From: an archaeon | GTDB lineage: Archaea; Iainarchaeota; Iainarchaeia; Iainarchaeales; CSSED10-239 | Direction: 5' to 3' | Assembly: GCA_035400625.1 (NCBI GenBank) | Contig: DAOMZT010000002.1 | Location: 90,001 to 122,000, forward strand | DNA: 32,000 nucleotides | Part shown: positions 30,645-32,000 of the stretch, one piece after another | Layout of the letters: each line of letters opens with the position of its first letter | How positions within the stretch are numbered: the stretch's first letter is position 1 | The notes under the pieces: generated by a model | Database searches by the model: none | What the model was told of the DNA's origin: nothing | Seen by the model: only the letters and a program-made list of their open reading frames with translations | Position numbers and translations under genes: made by a program

Positions 30645-32000
30645 GTTTGGTTTTTTCTCGGACCCTTAGTATCAGAAAACTTAAACAGTCACAATTGCTT
30701 GCTCCCGTCTTACATTACTGACCTATCAAACCGGTGTTCTTCCGGAGTCCTCGTCCTGTATCTCTACAGAAATGGCTGTCTCGTCTTAGGGATTGCTTCG
30801 AGCTTAGATGCTTTCAGCTCTTATCAATTACGGCGTAGCTACCCGACAGTGCCTTGTCAGACAATCGGTACACCAGAGACCGCGACGCGCCGTTCCTCTC
30901 GTACTAAACGCATCTTCCCTTCAGACAACCTACGCTGCCAATAGATAGGAACCAAACTGACTCGCATCGTTCTTAACCCAACTAACGTACGGCTTTAATG
31001 AGTGAACACCTCCACCCTTGGCTAATTATGCCCAGCCAGGATGCCGTGAGCCGACAGCGAGGTAGCAAACCGCGGGGTCGATGTGAACTCTTGCCCGCGA
31101 CGACTCAGTTACCCCCAGGGTAAGTTTACTGTCAGACTAGGCCCCCACTAATAGGGACACTAGCGTTCGCTAGACCCATATTTCTATCCAGCGTTTCGTG
31201 CTTTGAGAAACACTGTTAAGCGTGCTTTTGGTCTTGTCCTCTACAGCAGATTTCTGACCTGCTTGAGCACACCTTTGGACACCCCTGATATTCTTTCAGG
31301 GGTGTACCGCCCCAGTCAAACTACCAGATCAAATGCTGTCCGTTTATTCAACGTAGAGTTGCATTTTTTCTACTAGATGGTGTTACATTGTTGTCTATTT
31401 ACCCCCTAGCGAGGATAACATCGGCGACTCCCATCTACTCTCTATAGTAGAAAGAATACAACCACATCAGACTGTAGTAAACCTCCATGGGGTCTTATCC
31501 TCCCATTGACAGTTCGTGGCGTATTCACCACGTGTGCAAGTTCACTAGGCTTAAACTTGGGACAGCGATAATCTCGTTACTTCCTTGGTGCAAGCCGGCA
31601 ATTAACCGGCAAGGTATTACGCTACCATGAGAGCCTCAGAGTTAGGCCCGCTCTTTACCAGCGCTTGGACCAGTTGGACCTGGTATTCACGTACTAGCAG
31701 TGAGCAGAGGTCAGTGACTATACACACCGTTGCCGGCTAGCAGTCACCTGTGTTTTTGATAAACAGTCGGACTATCCTTGTTACTAAGACTTACAGTTTA
31801 CTGAACCGTAAGCACCCCTCATACCTAAGATACGGGGCCAATGTTGCCGAATTCCCTAAGTTTAATTATCCTATTACGCCTGAGCCTACTCAGCTAGGGA
31901 CACCTTTCTCAGTTCTTGGTACGATTAACAAAACACTGCATAGTTTTCTTTTCAGGGGTCCTTGGCCTCGATAAAAGATTTCTCCCATTCATACCTTTAA
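30645..32000 (-). rRNA. 23S rRNA, 3' ~1.36 kb (domains IV-VI); 5' part lies beyond the window
   Basis: Reverse complement contains: sarcin-ricin loop AGTACGAGAGGAAC (~30886-30899); PTC region CCTCGCTGTCGGCTC and GGGGGTAACTGAG; A-loop GGTGTTCA (~31003-31011); GACTGGGGCGGTAC (~31300); AAGACCCCATGGAGGTTTACTA (~31490); GACTGTTTATCAAAAACACAG (~31750). Landmark spacing is collinear with E. coli 23S, so no large insertions. The 3' end is estimated from alignment to the E. coli 3' terminus and is approximate. Confidence 0.95.

Noticed and set aside
30699-31974. Track ORFs 30699-30944 (+) and 31750-31974 (+)
   Set aside because: Both lie entirely inside the 23S rRNA gene, on the antisense strand. They are chance ORFs in GC-richer rRNA sequence.
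30645-32000. Introns or homing-endonuclease insertions in the 23S rRNA; inteins in EF-2 or the RNA polymerase subunits
   Set aside because: Distances between 23S landmarks (about 1780, 2060, 2250, 2450, 2550 and 2660 in E. coli numbering) match E. coli within about 30 nt. EF-2 (732 aa), A' (863 aa), A'' (390 aa), B' (606 aa) and B'' (488 aa) have canonical lengths with no inserted blocks.

Overview
AT-rich (roughly 30% GC outside the rRNA) archaeal segment with DPANN-like features: very compact, divergent core genes and a split rpoB. Almost everything is on the minus strand.

Gene content:
- Core information-processing block (9.5-21.1 kb): rpoH, rpoB'', rpoB', rpoA', rpoA'', rpl30e, rps12, rps7, aEF-2. 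The usual nusA between rpl30e and rps12 is missing, and tuf/rps10 do not follow EF-2.
- Pyrimidine/dTMP operon (1.5-6.9 kb): Tmk-like protein, SHMT, a double-length ThyX-like protein, a kinase::dCMP-deaminase fusion and a Pol-beta-type nucleotidyltransferase. An archaeal D-aminoacyl-tRNA deacylase is transcribed divergently from it.
- A DXR-fold protein that has lost the DXR cofactor and metal-binding motifs.
- Three type II toxin-antitoxin pairs: RHH/RelE, MazEF (flanked by tRNA-Glu and tRNA-Met) and an extended UPF0175-like/PIN pair.
- An MFS transporter, a SAM-methyltransferase-like gene, a degenerate RpiA-like gene and several small membrane or beta-sandwich proteins.
- The 3' ~1.36 kb of a 23S rRNA gene, running off the right edge.

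Most interesting unannotated element: a well-formed C/D-box sRNA on the plus strand at 25439-25499.
- Its D' guide is complementary to the 23S A-loop encoded in this same window. By the N+5 rule it selects the U2552-equivalent.
- Its D guide fits the universally conserved 16S decoding-centre sequence and would select the C1402-equivalent. The 16S is not in the window, so this part is inference.

Other points:
- A 19-codon polybasic micro-gene with its own promoter-like, SD-like and terminator-like elements.
- A 54-bp tandem duplication of the EF-2 3' end plus hairpin.
- Both tRNAs carry C instead of U at T-loop position 55.
- Several substitutions at normally invariant 23S and RpoB positions.

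No CRISPR array, transposase or integrase was seen.
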